Below the pieces are notes generated by a model, which worked only from the letters and a program-made list of their open reading frames with translations, made no database searches and was not told the DNA's origin. Source: Kineococcus radiotolerans SRS30216 = ATCC BAA-149 (GTDB taxonomy: Bacteria; Actinomycetota; Actinomycetes; Actinomycetales; Kineococcaceae). From it: a DNA stretch of 32,000 nt. Location: positions 780,001-812,000 of the forward strand of contig NC_009664.2 of assembly GCF_000017305.1 (NCBI RefSeq), in the 5' to 3' direction. This document shows, in pieces, positions 7,465 through 16,794 of the stretch. The translations under genes and the position numbers were made by a program. Numbering within the stretch: position 1 is the stretch's first letter; each line of letters starts with the position of its first letter.

Positions 7465-9207
7465 ATGACCCTGCCCGCGGGAACCACCACCGAGGACGAC
7501 CTGCCCGGCGTCCCCTCCCCCGGCCCCGGCTCCGGCCGGGACCCCCTGACGATGCTCGTGCCGGACTTCCCCTTCCCCTACGACGAGTACCTGACCCACC
7601 CCGCGGGACTGGGGTCGGTGCCGGAGCACCGCCACGGCACCGAGGTCGCCGTCATCGGGGCGGGCATGTCCGGCCTCGTCGCCGCGCACGAGTTGATGAA
7701 GCTCGGGCTGCGTCCCGTCGTCTACGAGGCCGGCGAGATCGGCGGGCGGCTGCGCTCCACGGCCTTCCCCGGGGTCCCCGGCGCCGTCGCCGACCTCGGC
7801 GGCATGCGGTTCCCCGCCTCCGGGCGCGCGTTCTTCCACTACGTCGACGCCCTCGGCCTGCGCACCAGCCCGTTCCCGAACCCGCTGGCCCCGCAGACCC
7901 CCAGCACCGTCATCGAGCTGCGCAACCGCGCCCACTACGCCGAGACCGCCGCCGACCTGCCGGCGGAGTTCGGCGAGGTCGCCGCCGCGTGGCGCCGGGC
8001 GCTGGTGGAGGGCGCGGAGCTGGAGGCGATGCAGGACGCCATCCGCCGCCGCGACCTCGCGGCGATCAAGGAGATCTGGAACCGGACCGTCCCCCGCCTG
8101 GACGAGGAGACGTTCTACGGCTTCGTCGCGAAGTCGCCCGCGTTCGCGGCGCTGCCGTACTCCTACCGCGAGACCTTCGGCCAGGTGGGGTTCGGCACCG
8201 GCGGCTGGGACACCGACTTCCCCAACTCCGTGCTGGAGATCCTGCGCGTCGTGCACACCGACGCCGACGACCAGCACCACCGCATCACCGGCGGTGCGCA
8301 GAGCGTGCCCCTGGGGTTGTGGCGCTACGCGCCGGACGGGCTCGCGCACTGGCCGGCGGGCACCAGCCTGCAGTCCCTGCACGGCGGGTCCCCGCGCCCG
8401 GCGGTGACGCGCGTGCGCCGCGGCGAGGACGGGCGCCTGCACGTCCTGGACCGCTGGGGCACCGAGCGCCCCTACGAGGCCGTCGTCGCCACCTGCCAGT
8501 CCTGGCTGCTGTCGGCGGGCATCGACACCGAGGAGTCGCTGTTCAGCCACGACATGTGGATGGCGATGGAGCGCTCGCACTACATGCAGTCCTCCAAGAC
8601 CTTCGTGCTGGTGGACCGCCCGTTCTGGCGCGACGTGGACCCGGCCACCGGCCGGCGCGTCATGAGCACCACCCTCACCGACCGCATGACCCGCGGCACC
8701 TACCTCCTCGACGGCGGGGACGGCGTCGACGACCCCGCGGCCGCGGACTCCCCCGCCGTCATCTGCCTCAGCTACACCTGGAACGACGACGCGCTGAAGT
8801 GGCTGGCGCTGGACACCGACGAGCGCGTGCGGCTGATGCTGCACAACCTCAAGCAGATCTACCCCGACGTCGACATCGCCTCGCACGTGCTGGGGGAACC
8901 CATCACCGTGTCCTGGGAGCGCGAACCCCACTTCATGGGCGCGTTCCGGGGGAACCTGCCCGGTCACTACCGCTACCAGCAGCGGTTGTTCTCCCACTTC
9001 GTCCAGGACGACCTGCCCGCCCACCAGCGCGGGATCTTCCTGGCCGGGGACGACATCTCCTTCACCCCCGGCTGGGCCGAGGGCGCGGTGACCACGGGCC
9101 TGAACGCGGTGTGGGGCGTGGTGCACCAGCTCGGCGGGTCCTCCGCCCCCGGCAACCCCGGACCCGGCGACCGCTTCGCGGAGCTGCAGCCGCTGCGGCT
9201 GCCGTGA
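7465..9207 (+). CDS. FAD-dependent amino-acid 2-monooxygenase, DavB (lysine 2-monooxygenase)/IaaM family; candidate arginine 2-monooxygenase
   Basis: The dinucleotide fold is VAVIGAGMSGLVAAHEL...YEAGEIGGR. The blocks PDFPFPYDEYLTHPAGLG, GGMRFP, FGQVGFGTGGWDTDFPNSVLEILRVV, YMQSSKTFVLVDRPFW, ICLSYTWNDDALKW and FLAGDDISFTPGWAEGAVTTGLNAVWG match my recollection of P. putida DavB closely and IaaM more loosely. GGGAG lies upstream of ATG 7465. Confidence 0.9.
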   Translation: MTLPAGTTTEDDLPGVPSPGPGSGRDPLTMLVPDFPFPYDEYLTHPAGLGSVPEHRHGTEVAVIGAGMSGLVAAHELMKLGLRPVVYEAGEIGGRLRSTAFPGVPGAVADLGGMRFPASGRAFFHYVDALGLRTSPFPNPLAPQTPSTVIELRNRAHYAETAADLPAEFGEVAAAWRRALVEGAELEAMQDAIRRRDLAAIKEIWNRTVPRLDEETFYGFVAKSPAFAALPYSYRETFGQVGFGTGGWDTDFPNSVLEILRVVHTDADDQHHRITGGAQSVPLGLWRYAPDGLAHWPAGTSLQSLHGGSPRPAVTRVRRGEDGRLHVLDRWGTERPYEAVVATCQSWLLSAGIDTEESLFSHDMWMAMERSHYMQSSKTFVLVDRPFWRDVDPATGRRVMSTTLTDRMTRGTYLLDGGDGVDDPAAADSPAVICLSYTWNDDALKWLALDTDERVRLMLHNLKQIYPDVDIASHVLGEPITVSWEREPHFMGAFRGNLPGHYRYQQRLFSHFVQDDLPAHQRGIFLAGDDISFTPGWAEGAVTTGLNAVWGVVHQLGGSSAPGNPGPGDRFAELQPLRLP

Positions 9208-9208
9208 C

Positions 9209-9249
9209 CGGGCGCGGTGACGGACCGCCCCGGCCCGTCACCGCGCCCG
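9209..9249. terminator. Bidirectional stem-loop between convergent monooxygenase and MFS genes
   Basis: A 15-bp perfect stem (9209-9223 cgggcgcggtgacgg pairs with 9235-9249 ccgtcaccgcgcccg) and an 11-nt loop. It fills almost the whole 43-nt gap between stop codons. There is no U-tract. Confidence 0.7.
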
Positions 9250-9250
9250 C

Positions 9251-10762
9251 TCAGGGGTGCTTCGCCGTCGCGCCGGGTTCCGCGAGGTCCACGTCGACCG
9301 CGCCGGTGGCGGTACCGGTCGCCGTGCCGCTGGCCGCGGTCCGCGCGTAGGAGGTCGCGAGGGCGCGGTACTGCGGGCTGGCCAGGGCCGCCAGCGTCGC
9401 GACGAGGCCCACCACCCCCGTGACTACGAAGACCAGGGCGATGGCCCGGGTCTGCCCGGTCCCGAACCAGCCGCCGATCGCCGCCGCGCCCGCGCCGTCG
9501 GTCATGAACGGGACGACGAGGAACTGCGTGATGGGCCCCACGAGGAACGCGGTGACCGGGGCGGCGGACTGCTCGACGCTCTGCGCGAACCCGAACACGC
9601 GGCCCTGCCGCTCGTAGGGCACCACCCGCTGCAGGACGGTCTGCTCGGCCGCCTCCGCGAACGGCATGAGCAGCATGAACACCACCATGGCCGCGGTGAG
9701 CGTCACGACCGAGTGCGCGAGCGGGAACAGCGCCGTCGCGGTCCACGCGCACGCGTTGACCAGGAGCAGCAGCCGCACCGGCCGGTGACCGAGCCCGACG
9801 CGGGCGACGAGGAGCCCGCCGACGATCATCACGGCGCTCAGCCCGCCCCACAGCAGCCCCCACACCTGCACCGGCACCAGGGACAGCCCGTAGGCGTCCA
9901 TGAGCGCCATGAACCCGCCGGCGATGAGGTTGTTGAAGCAGCTGAAGGCGATGAGGGGCACCAGACCCGGCACGCCCCGGACCAGGCGCCAGGTGCCGCG
10001 CAGGTCGACGCCGTTCGCCCCCGTCCCGCCGGGGGCGCCGCCGCCGGGAGCGGTGGCGCGCGCCTCCGGCACCTGGACCCGCGCCAGGTGCAGCATCGAG
10101 GCCGCGAGCACGACGAGCGCGAGCAGGAGGACGTGCAGCATGCCGCCGGAGGCGACGAGCACCCCGCTGATGACGGACGTGACGAGCATCGAGGTGCCGC
10201 TCACCGTCCCGACCAGGCCGTTGGCGCGGTCGCGCAGGTCCGCGGGCACCAGCAGGGTCACCAGCGTGGGCAGCGCGATGCCGCGGGGGTTGCCGGCCAC
10301 GACCCCGGCCATGCAGAGGACCACGAAGACCCACAGCCGCCAGGAGGCGACGTCGGTGAAGGCGGCGGCGGGGGTCAGCACGTACACCGCGAGGCACACC
10401 GCGTAGACGCCCGCCGAGACCAGGGCGGAGACCTGCAGGACCGACCGCTTGCGGTGGTCGTCGACGAGGCTGCCGAACCAGATCCCGGTGGCGGCGGTGG
10501 CCACGACGAAGATGCCGGCGATCATCCCGGTGGCGAACACCGAGCGGGTCTCGAGGAAGACCCAGAACGTGACGGCGAACCAGACCGTGTAGTTGACCAC
10601 GCCGACGACGGCGTTGCTGACGAGCAGGTGGGCGAACACCCGCTGCGGGCCGGACCGCAGGTCCAGGCGGGGCGGGGCGACCTCGGGTGCGGGCACAGCG
10701 GGCTCCTGGCGTCGGGACGAGGGGTGCTGGTCCTGGTGACCCCGCGCCGGCGCGGGAGTCAT
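9251..10762 (-). CDS. MFS transporter (12-TM, EntS/MFS_3-like)
   Basis: ATG at 10762 lies in frame within track ORF 9251..11062. The translation is continuously hydrophobic and helical with a central loop ([18 protein letters not shown]). No convincing SD is present, so the start is uncertain. Confidence 0.8.
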   Translation of the reverse strand: MTPAPARGHQDQHPSSRRQEPAVPAPEVAPPRLDLRSGPQRVFAHLLVSNAVVGVVNYTVWFAVTFWVFLETRSVFATGMIAGIFVVATAATGIWFGSLVDDHRKRSVLQVSALVSAGVYAVCLAVYVLTPAAAFTDVASWRLWVFVVLCMAGVVAGNPRGIALPTLVTLLVPADLRDRANGLVGTVSGTSMLVTSVISGVLVASGGMLHVLLLALVVLAASMLHLARVQVPEARATAPGGGAPGGTGANGVDLRGTWRLVRGVPGLVPLIAFSCFNNLIAGGFMALMDAYGLSLVPVQVWGLLWGGLSAVMIVGGLLVARVGLGHRPVRLLLLVNACAWTATALFPLAHSVVTLTAAMVVFMLLMPFAEAAEQTVLQRVVPYERQGRVFGFAQSVEQSAAPVTAFLVGPITQFLVVPFMTDGAGAAAIGGWFGTGQTRAIALVFVVTGVVGLVATLAALASPQYRALATSYARTAASGTATGTATGAVDVDLAEPGATAKHP

Positions 10763-10835
10763 CGGTGCACGGCCAGGTTCCCCGAGCGCCCGGGCGGTGT
10801 CGACGGGTTTCCGGGCCCCCCGGAGCGGGGGCGTC

Positions 10836-11711
10836 CTAGAACAGCACCGTCGCGAAGGACCCGACCTCGCGGAAGCCGACGCGGCGGTACGCGGCCAGGG
10901 CGCGGGTGTTGTAGTCGTTGACGTAGAGCGAGACCGACGTGACGCCGTCGGCGCGCGCGGCCTCGACCACGGCCGCCATCCCCGGCTCGGACAGACCCTC
11001 GCCGCGGCGGTGCGGGGGGACCCAGACGCCCTGGACCTGCACGACCTTCGGGGACACCGCACCGAGCTCGGCCTTGAAGACGACCTCGGGGCCGGAGCGG
11101 CCGGCGTCGACGCGGACGAAGGAGCGGCCCGTGGAGACCAGCTCGGCGATGCGCGCGCGGTAGGCGCCGCCGCCGTCGGGCGGGGCGGGGGCGTAGCCGA
11201 TCTCCTCGGTGAACATCGCCACGCAGGCCGGCACCACGAGGTCGAGCTCGCGCAGCGTCGCCCGGCGCACCGCCGGGTCCGGGGCCACCGACGGCTCGGT
11301 GTCGCAGACCATCAGTGGCTGGCGGGCCCGGACCTCGCGCACCCCGCGCCAGTGCGGTTCCAGGCGCTGCCACAGCGCGAGGACGGACTCGGCCGGCCCC
11401 ACGAGGGAGGAGCAGCGGCGGCCCTCGGCGCGGGCGTGGGCGGCGAAGGCGTCGAGCGCGGCCGGGGTGGCCTCGACGGGGACGAGGTTCGCGCCGGCCC
11501 AGCAGGCCGAGACGAGCACCCCGTCCTCGAACCAGCCCCAGGCCTGGCCCCCCAGGTCGGTCCCGGGGCGGGCGAGCAGGCCCAGCAGGCGGGCGGAGAC
11601 GAACAGGTTGGCGACCGGGTCGCGGTCGCACAACCGGAGCAGGGCGGGCGCGTCGGCCCCGCCGAGCACGCGCAGGGTCCCCGAGGTGGCGGTGGAGTTG
11701 GTCAGGGACAC
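10836..11711 (-). CDS. GNAT-family N-acetyltransferase (DUF4081+GNAT, Rv2867c-like)
   Basis: The C-terminal GNAT block is VWVPPHRRGEGLSEPGMAAVVEAAR...SLYVNDYNTRALAAYRRVGF. Its position directly downstream of ispG matches mycobacterial synteny. GTG start at 11711; an internal GTG (RVLGG) is also possible. Confidence 0.75.
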   Translation of the reverse strand: MSLTNSTATSGTLRVLGGADAPALLRLCDRDPVANLFVSARLLGLLARPGTDLGGQAWGWFEDGVLVSACWAGANLVPVEATPAALDAFAAHARAEGRRCSSLVGPAESVLALWQRLEPHWRGVREVRARQPLMVCDTEPSVAPDPAVRRATLRELDLVVPACVAMFTEEIGYAPAPPDGGGAYRARIAELVSTGRSFVRVDAGRSGPEVVFKAELGAVSPKVVQVQGVWVPPHRRGEGLSEPGMAAVVEAARADGVTSVSLYVNDYNTRALAAYRRVGFREVGSFATVLF

Positions 11712-11766
11712 TCCCGCATCCTGCCCGCTCGCGCGCCCGCGGTCGAGACGGGTGACCCGGCGCGTC

Positions 11767-12927
11767 TCAGCTCACCGTCACGACGGGCGCACCGGCGCTG
11801 GCGTCGTCCTCGGGTTCGCCCATCTCGGCGGCGAGGCGGTTGGCCTCCTCGATGAGGGTGGCGACGATGTCGTGCTCGGGGACGGTCTTGATGACCTCGC
11901 CCCTGACGAAGATCTGCCCCTTGCCGTTGCCGCTGGCGACCCCGAGGTCGGCCTCGCGGGCCTCCCCGGGCCCGTTGACGACGCAGCCCATGACCGCCAC
12001 CCGCAGCGGGACGCTCATGCCCTCCAGGCCCTCGGTGACGGCCTCGGCGAGGGAGTAGACGTCGACCTGGGCGCGCCCGCAGGAGGGGCAGGAGACGATC
12101 TCCAGCTTGCGCGGGCGCAGGTTCAGCGACTGCAGGATCTGGATGCCGACCTTGACCTCCTCGACCGGCGGCGCGGACAGCGAGACCCGGATGGTGTCGC
12201 CGATGCCCTTGGACAGCAGCGCCCCGAAGGCCGTGGCGGACTTGATCGTGCCCTGGAAGGCGGGGCCGGCCTCGGTGACGCCGAGGTGCAGGGGCCAGTC
12301 CCCGCGCTCGGAGAGCAGCTCGTAGGCCCGGACCATGACCACCGGGTCGTTGTGCTTGACCGAGATCTTGAAGTCGTGGAAGTCGTGCTCCTCGAAGAGG
12401 GACGCCTCCCACACCGCGGACTCCACCAGCGCCTCGGGGGTGGCCTTGCCGTACTTGGCCAGCAGGCGCGGGTCGAGGGAGCCGGCGTTGACGCCGATGC
12501 GGATCGAGGTGCCGTGGTCCTTGGCCGCCTGCGCGATCTCCTTGACCTGGTCGTCGAACTTGCGGATGTTGCCCGGGTTGACCCGGACCGCCGCGCACCC
12601 GGCCTCGATGGCCGCGAAGACGTACTTGGGCTGGAAGTGGATGTCGGCGATGACCGGGATCTGCGACTTCTTCGCGATGATCGGCAGCGCCTCGGCGTCG
12701 TCGTTGGTGGGGCAGGCGACGCGGACGATGTCGCAGCCGGTCGCGGTCAGCTCGGCGATCTGCTGCAGCGTGGCGTTGATGTTCGTCGTCGGCGTCGTCG
12801 TCATCGACTGCACCGAGACGGGGGCGTCGCCGCCGACGTCCACCGAGCCCACCTTGATCTTGCGCGTCTTGCGGCGCGGGGCCAGGACGGGCGGGGGCAG
12901 GGCGGGAAGACCGAGGCTCACAGTCAC
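11767..12927 (-). CDS. ispG: 4-hydroxy-3-methylbut-2-en-1-yl diphosphate synthase
   Basis: The full-length match includes the Fe-S Cys blocks [13 protein letters not shown] and [16 protein letters not shown] start at 12927. Confidence 0.97.
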   Translation of the reverse strand: MTVSLGLPALPPPVLAPRRKTRKIKVGSVDVGGDAPVSVQSMTTTPTTNINATLQQIAELTATGCDIVRVACPTNDDAEALPIIAKKSQIPVIADIHFQPKYVFAAIEAGCAAVRVNPGNIRKFDDQVKEIAQAAKDHGTSIRIGVNAGSLDPRLLAKYGKATPEALVESAVWEASLFEEHDFHDFKISVKHNDPVVMVRAYELLSERGDWPLHLGVTEAGPAFQGTIKSATAFGALLSKGIGDTIRVSLSAPPVEEVKVGIQILQSLNLRPRKLEIVSCPSCGRAQVDVYSLAEAVTEGLEGMSVPLRVAVMGCVVNGPGEAREADLGVASGNGKGQIFVRGEVIKTVPEHDIVATLIEEANRLAAEMGEPEDDASAGAPVVTVS

Positions 12928-13001
12928 GGGGTCAAGTATCGCCCCGCCCGGCCCCGGCCACGACCAGGGGCCGCGACCGGGGACGGGTCTTCACGGGGCG
13001 T

Positions 13002-14321
13002 TCACTGCAGGGTGACGGGGCGCACGATGTCGGCGTAGAGGAGCAGCACGCTCATGCCCACCAGCAGGATCGAGACGCCGTAGGCCAGCGGCATCGCCTT
13101 GGCCACGTCCACGGGCCCGGGGTCCGGCCGCCGCCGCAGCCGGAAGACCGCCTTCTTCACGACCTCCCACAGCGCCCCGGCGATGTGGCCGCCGTCGAAG
13201 GGCAGCAGCGGGATGAGGTTGAACACGAACAGCGCCACGTTCAGCCCCGCCAGCAGCGAGACGAGCCGCGAGGTCCGCTCGGCCAGCTCGTCGCCGGGGA
13301 TGATCGCCGGGCGGGCGTTGAGCTCCCCGGCCAGGCGGCCGATGCCGACGACGCCGATGGGCCCGTCCGGGTCGCGCGGGGCGGAGCCGAACGCCGCCTG
13401 CGCGACGTCGTAGAGCCGCTGCGGCAGCCGCACGACGATGCCCACGACGCCCTCGACCTGCTGCCCCACCACGCCCGGCACCTCGGCCAGCGGGGTGCGG
13501 ACCACCGCGATGCTCGGGGAGACGCCGAGGAAGCCGACCTCCTCGGTCTCCCCCGTCGCCTGCCCGGTGGCGCTGGTGACGGCGCGCTCGGTCAGCACCG
13601 GGGTGACGGTGATCGGCAGCCGCTGCCCGTCGCGCAGGACGACGAGGTCCACCTCCTGCCCGCCGCGCTCGCGGATCGCGGCCGACAGCGAGGCCCAGTC
13701 CCGCACGGGGGCGCCGTCGAACTCCACGACCTCGTCGCCGGGCCGCAGCCCGGCGGCGGCGCCGGGCGCGGCGGGGTCGCCCGCCGAGCACGTCGTCGCG
13801 GTGCTCGTGGCGGGCAGGACGCACTGCGAGACCGCCGACAGCGTCGGGACGAACCCGGGCTGGCCGATGGCGCTGGCCGCGACGGCGGTGAGCACCAGGG
13901 CCAGCAGCAGGTTGACGAACGGGCCGCCGAACATGATGACGATGCGCTGCCACACCGGCAGCCGGTAGAAGGTGCGGTGCTCCTCGCCGGGGCCGACCTC
14001 GACGAAGCTGGCCCGCCGGGCCTCCTCGGCCATGAGCGCCCAGCGGCCGGTGCTGGAGGCCCGCAGCCGCCCGTCCGGGCCCGGGGGGAACATCCCGATC
14101 ATCCGGACGTAGCCGCCGAGGGGGATCGCCTTGACCCCGTACTCGGTCTCCCCCCGCCGGCGGGAGAACAGGGTCGGGCCGAACCCGACCATGTACTGCA
14201 CGACCTTGACGCCGAACCTCTTCGCCGGCAGCAGGTGCCCGACCTCGTGCAGGGCGATGGAGACCGCGACGCCGACCGCGGCGACGAGGATCCCGGCCGC
14301 CCACAGCAGCACCGTCGTCAC
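13002..14321 (-). CDS. rip1: M50-family site-2 zinc metalloprotease (Rip1/RseP-like) with PDZ domain
   Basis: HEVGHLL (HExxH) and [12 protein letters not shown] motifs are present. The GTG at 14321 overlaps the dxr stop as GTGA. The upstream part of track ORF 13002..15017 is read-through across dxr. Confidence 0.9.
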   Translation of the reverse strand: MTTVLLWAAGILVAAVGVAVSIALHEVGHLLPAKRFGVKVVQYMVGFGPTLFSRRRGETEYGVKAIPLGGYVRMIGMFPPGPDGRLRASSTGRWALMAEEARRASFVEVGPGEEHRTFYRLPVWQRIVIMFGGPFVNLLLALVLTAVAASAIGQPGFVPTLSAVSQCVLPATSTATTCSAGDPAAPGAAAGLRPGDEVVEFDGAPVRDWASLSAAIRERGGQEVDLVVLRDGQRLPITVTPVLTERAVTSATGQATGETEEVGFLGVSPSIAVVRTPLAEVPGVVGQQVEGVVGIVVRLPQRLYDVAQAAFGSAPRDPDGPIGVVGIGRLAGELNARPAIIPGDELAERTSRLVSLLAGLNVALFVFNLIPLLPFDGGHIAGALWEVVKKAVFRLRRRPDPGPVDVAKAMPLAYGVSILLVGMSVLLLYADIVRPVTLQ

Positions 14322-15547
14322 GGGGCCGACACCCCGCCCACCAGCTCGCGGGCCCGCGCGCGCGCCCAGTCCTCGGCGGCCAGGACGTCCTCGACGTCGC
14401 GGGGGTCCCCGGCCGGGTCGTGCTCGGCGACGACGGCGGCGACGGTGTCCACGATGCCCAGGAACGGCAGCCGGCCGGCGTGGAAGGCGGTGACGCACTC
14501 CTCGTTGGCGGCGTTGAACACCGCCGGGACCGTCGACCCGCGCCGGCCGGCCTCGCGGGCGAGGTCCACGGCCGGGAACGCCTGCGCGTCGAGGGGTTCG
14601 AAGGTCCAGGACGCCGCGCGGGTCCAGTCGATCCCGGCGGTGGCCCCGGGGACGCGGTCGGGCCAGCCCAGGCCCAGCGCGATCGGCAGCCGCATGTCCG
14701 GCGGCGAGCACTGCGCCAGGGTCGACCCGTCGGTGAACTCGACCATGGAGTGCACCACCGACTGCGGGTGCACGACGACGTCGATGCGGTCGTAGCCGAC
14801 GCCGAACAGCAGCGACGCCTCGATGACCTCCAGGCCCTTGTTCACCAGGGTCGCGGAGTTCGTCGTGACGACCGGGCCCATCGACCAGGTCGGGTGGGCC
14901 AGCGCCTGCGCGGGGGTGACCCCGCCGAGCTCCTCGCGGCGACGACCGCGGAACGGGCCGCCGCTGGCGGTGAGGACGAGGCGGGCGACCTCGGCGGGCG
15001 AGCCGCCCCGCAGGCACTGGGCCAGGGCGGAGTGCTCGGAGTCCACCGGCACGACCTGCCCCGGTCCCGCCGCGGCGGTGACCAGCGGGCCGCCCGCGAC
15101 GAGGGACTCCTTGTTGGCCAGGGCCAGGGTCCGTCCCGTGCCCAGCGCCGCCAGCGTGGGGCGCAGGCCCACCGAGCCGGTCATGCCGTTGAGGACGACC
15201 CCGCCCTCGGCGAGCGGGTGGGTCGCGACCTCGCTGGCCGCGTCGGGGCCGGCCACCACCCGCGGGAGGGGACGGCCGGCGGCCTGCGCGCGCAGCGCCT
15301 CGTGCAGGGCGGGGACGGCGTCGGGGCGGGCCACGCCCACCAGCGCGACCCCGTGGTCCAGGGCCTGGCGGGCCAGCAGCCCGACGTCGGCGCCCCCCGC
15401 GGCCAGCGCGACGACGCGGAACGCCCCGGCGGCCGCGGCCACCACGTCGAGGGCCTGGGTGCCGATCGAGCCGGTGCTGCCCAGCAGCACCACCTCGCGC
15501 GGCGTCGCGGCGGGTGGGGACGGGGGTGCCGGGGCGGTCGGGCTCAC
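14318..15547 (-). CDS. dxr: 1-deoxy-D-xylulose 5-phosphate reductoisomerase
   Basis: Motifs [30 protein letters not shown] and HPTWSMG are present. Confidence 0.97.
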   Translation of the reverse strand: MSPTAPAPPSPPAATPREVVLLGSTGSIGTQALDVVAAAAGAFRVVALAAGGADVGLLARQALDHGVALVGVARPDAVPALHEALRAQAAGRPLPRVVAGPDAASEVATHPLAEGGVVLNGMTGSVGLRPTLAALGTGRTLALANKESLVAGGPLVTAAAGPGQVVPVDSEHSALAQCLRGGSPAEVARLVLTASGGPFRGRRREELGGVTPAQALAHPTWSMGPVVTTNSATLVNKGLEVIEASLLFGVGYDRIDVVVHPQSVVHSMVEFTDGSTLAQCSPPDMRLPIALGLGWPDRVPGATAGIDWTRAASWTFEPLDAQAFPAVDLAREAGRRGSTVPAVFNAANEECVTAFHAGRLPFLGIVDTVAAVVAEHDPAGDPRDVEDVLAAEDWARARARELVGGVSAP

Positions 15548-15601
15548 CCGCCCATCATGGCGCCCGGCCCCCGCGCGCCACGCCTGCCACCGGCTCGCTG
15601 C

Positions 15602-15624
15602 GGCGGATCGTCACCGGATCCGCC
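15602..15624. promoter_or_regulatory. Palindrome ggcggatc-N7-gatccgcc in the dxr / protease divergent intergenic region
   Basis: The 8-bp perfect arms lie within the 118-bp gap between dxr (start 15547) and the protease gene (start 15666). Function unknown. Confidence 0.25.
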
Positions 15625-15665
15625 AGGATGGCCCCAGCACCACCGGCCCTGGAGGGACACCCGTC

Positions 15666-16715
15666 ATGCGACCACTCGTCCGCGCGAGCTCCGCCGGCGC
15701 ACTCGCGCTGGCCTCGTCCGTCGTCCTCGCCCTCGGCGGCGGCAGCGCCGCGGCGGTCGAGGTGGGCGGCACCGGTGGGGCGGCGACGCTGCTCTCCACC
15801 GCCGACGACGCCGCGCAGCGGGCCGCCACGGACTACTGGACCCCCGAGCGCATGGCAGCCGCGCAGCCCGCGGACCGGGTCGTGGCCGGCGGCGAGGTCC
15901 CCGCGCCCGCGGCCGGGACGCCGTCGACGCGCTCCACCCTGGCCGCGGGGGACGCGCTCCCGGTGGGCCGGGCCACCCGCGGCACCTCCGGGACGGCCCC
16001 GGAGTCCACCGTGACCACGGGCACGCCGTGGGGTGGGCCGGCCCAGGTCGCGAAGAAGGTCGGCCGGCTGTTCTTCACCCAGGGGCGCGGCGACTACGAG
16101 TGCAGCGCCAGCAGCGTCGCCTCCCCCGCCGGCGACGTCATCGTCACCGCCGGGCACTGCCTCACCGAGAACGGCGTGGCCTCCACCAACGTCGTCTTCG
16201 TGCCCGGCCTGACCGGGGCGGGCGCGCCCCACGGGTCGTTCCCCGCGACGCGGCTGTTCACCACCGCGCAGTGGCGCGACGGGAACCAGTCCACGGCCGC
16301 GGCCCTGAACTACGACGTCGGGTTCGCCGTCGTGCGCTCGGTGGGGGGCCGCTCGCTGGCCGACACCGTCGGGTCCTTCGCCATCGACTTCACCCCCGCC
16401 CTGGACCGGGTCACGGTGCTCGGCTACCCCGGGCGCAGCGCCAAGGCCGACGGCACCACCCTGCAGTTCTGCACGGGGCCCCGCTTCACCGACGTGACCT
16501 CCTCCAACGACCCCACGACCGACCGGGCGACGCTGTGCAGCATGGCCGGCGGCTCCAGCGGCGGGCCCTGGCTGAGCGGTCTGGACCCCGCCGCGGGCAC
16601 CGGCACGGTGACCTCGGTGGTGAGCTTCAGCTACGACCGGGCGCCGGAGGTGCTCTACGGCCCGCTGTTCGGCGACGTCGTCGAGGCCGTGTACCGCGAG
16701 GCCGCCCGGATCTGA
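15666..16715 (+). CDS. Secreted trypsin-like serine protease (S1 family, Glu-endopeptidase/V8-like)
   Basis: ATG at 15666 has GGAGGG 9 nt upstream. Signal peptide: MRPLVRASSAGALALASSVVLALGGGSAAA. Catalytic contexts are TAGHC (His), NYDVGF (Asp) and MAGGSSGGPW (Ser). Confidence 0.8.
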   Translation: MRPLVRASSAGALALASSVVLALGGGSAAAVEVGGTGGAATLLSTADDAAQRAATDYWTPERMAAAQPADRVVAGGEVPAPAAGTPSTRSTLAAGDALPVGRATRGTSGTAPESTVTTGTPWGGPAQVAKKVGRLFFTQGRGDYECSASSVASPAGDVIVTAGHCLTENGVASTNVVFVPGLTGAGAPHGSFPATRLFTTAQWRDGNQSTAAALNYDVGFAVVRSVGGRSLADTVGSFAIDFTPALDRVTVLGYPGRSAKADGTTLQFCTGPRFTDVTSSNDPTTDRATLCSMAGGSSGGPWLSGLDPAAGTGTVTSVVSFSYDRAPEVLYGPLFGDVVEAVYREAARI

Positions 16716-16721
16716 CCCCGG

Positions 16722-16767
16722 GACGAGGACGGCCGGCGACCCCGCGGGGTCGCCGGCCGTCCTCGTC
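16722..16767. terminator. Perfect 46-bp palindrome, bidirectional terminator between convergent protease and gabD genes
   Basis: The sequence gacgaggacggccggcgaccccg/cggggtcgccggccgtcctcgtc is exactly self-complementary. There is no U-tract. Confidence 0.75.
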
Positions 16768-16794
16768 CGTGCTCGTCCGTCGTGGTCCCCGCCC

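Noticed and set aside
7465-9207. Interpretation as IaaM plus amidase, i.e. an auxin (indole-3-acetamide) biosynthesis locus
   Set aside because: The monooxygenase resembles my recollection of DavB more closely than IaaM. The partner amidase is nitrilase-superfamily (DavA-like), not an amidase-signature IaaH type. The tightly linked ureohydrolase and the nearby gabTD fit a basic amino acid substrate instead. A database search is still needed.
12928-12945. gatact / ttgacc hexamers just upstream of ispG as a leaderless promoter
   Set aside because: The -10-like hexamer GATACT lacks the conserved first T, and the TTGACC is too close to the start to be a -35. I judged this too weak to report as a feature.
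13002-15017. 671-aa ORF suggesting a much longer M50 protease
   Set aside because: The part upstream of GTG 14321 overlaps dxr in another frame and is R/P/G-rich. The membrane protease sequence ([13 protein letters not shown]...HEVGH) begins exactly at the GTGA junction with the dxr stop.
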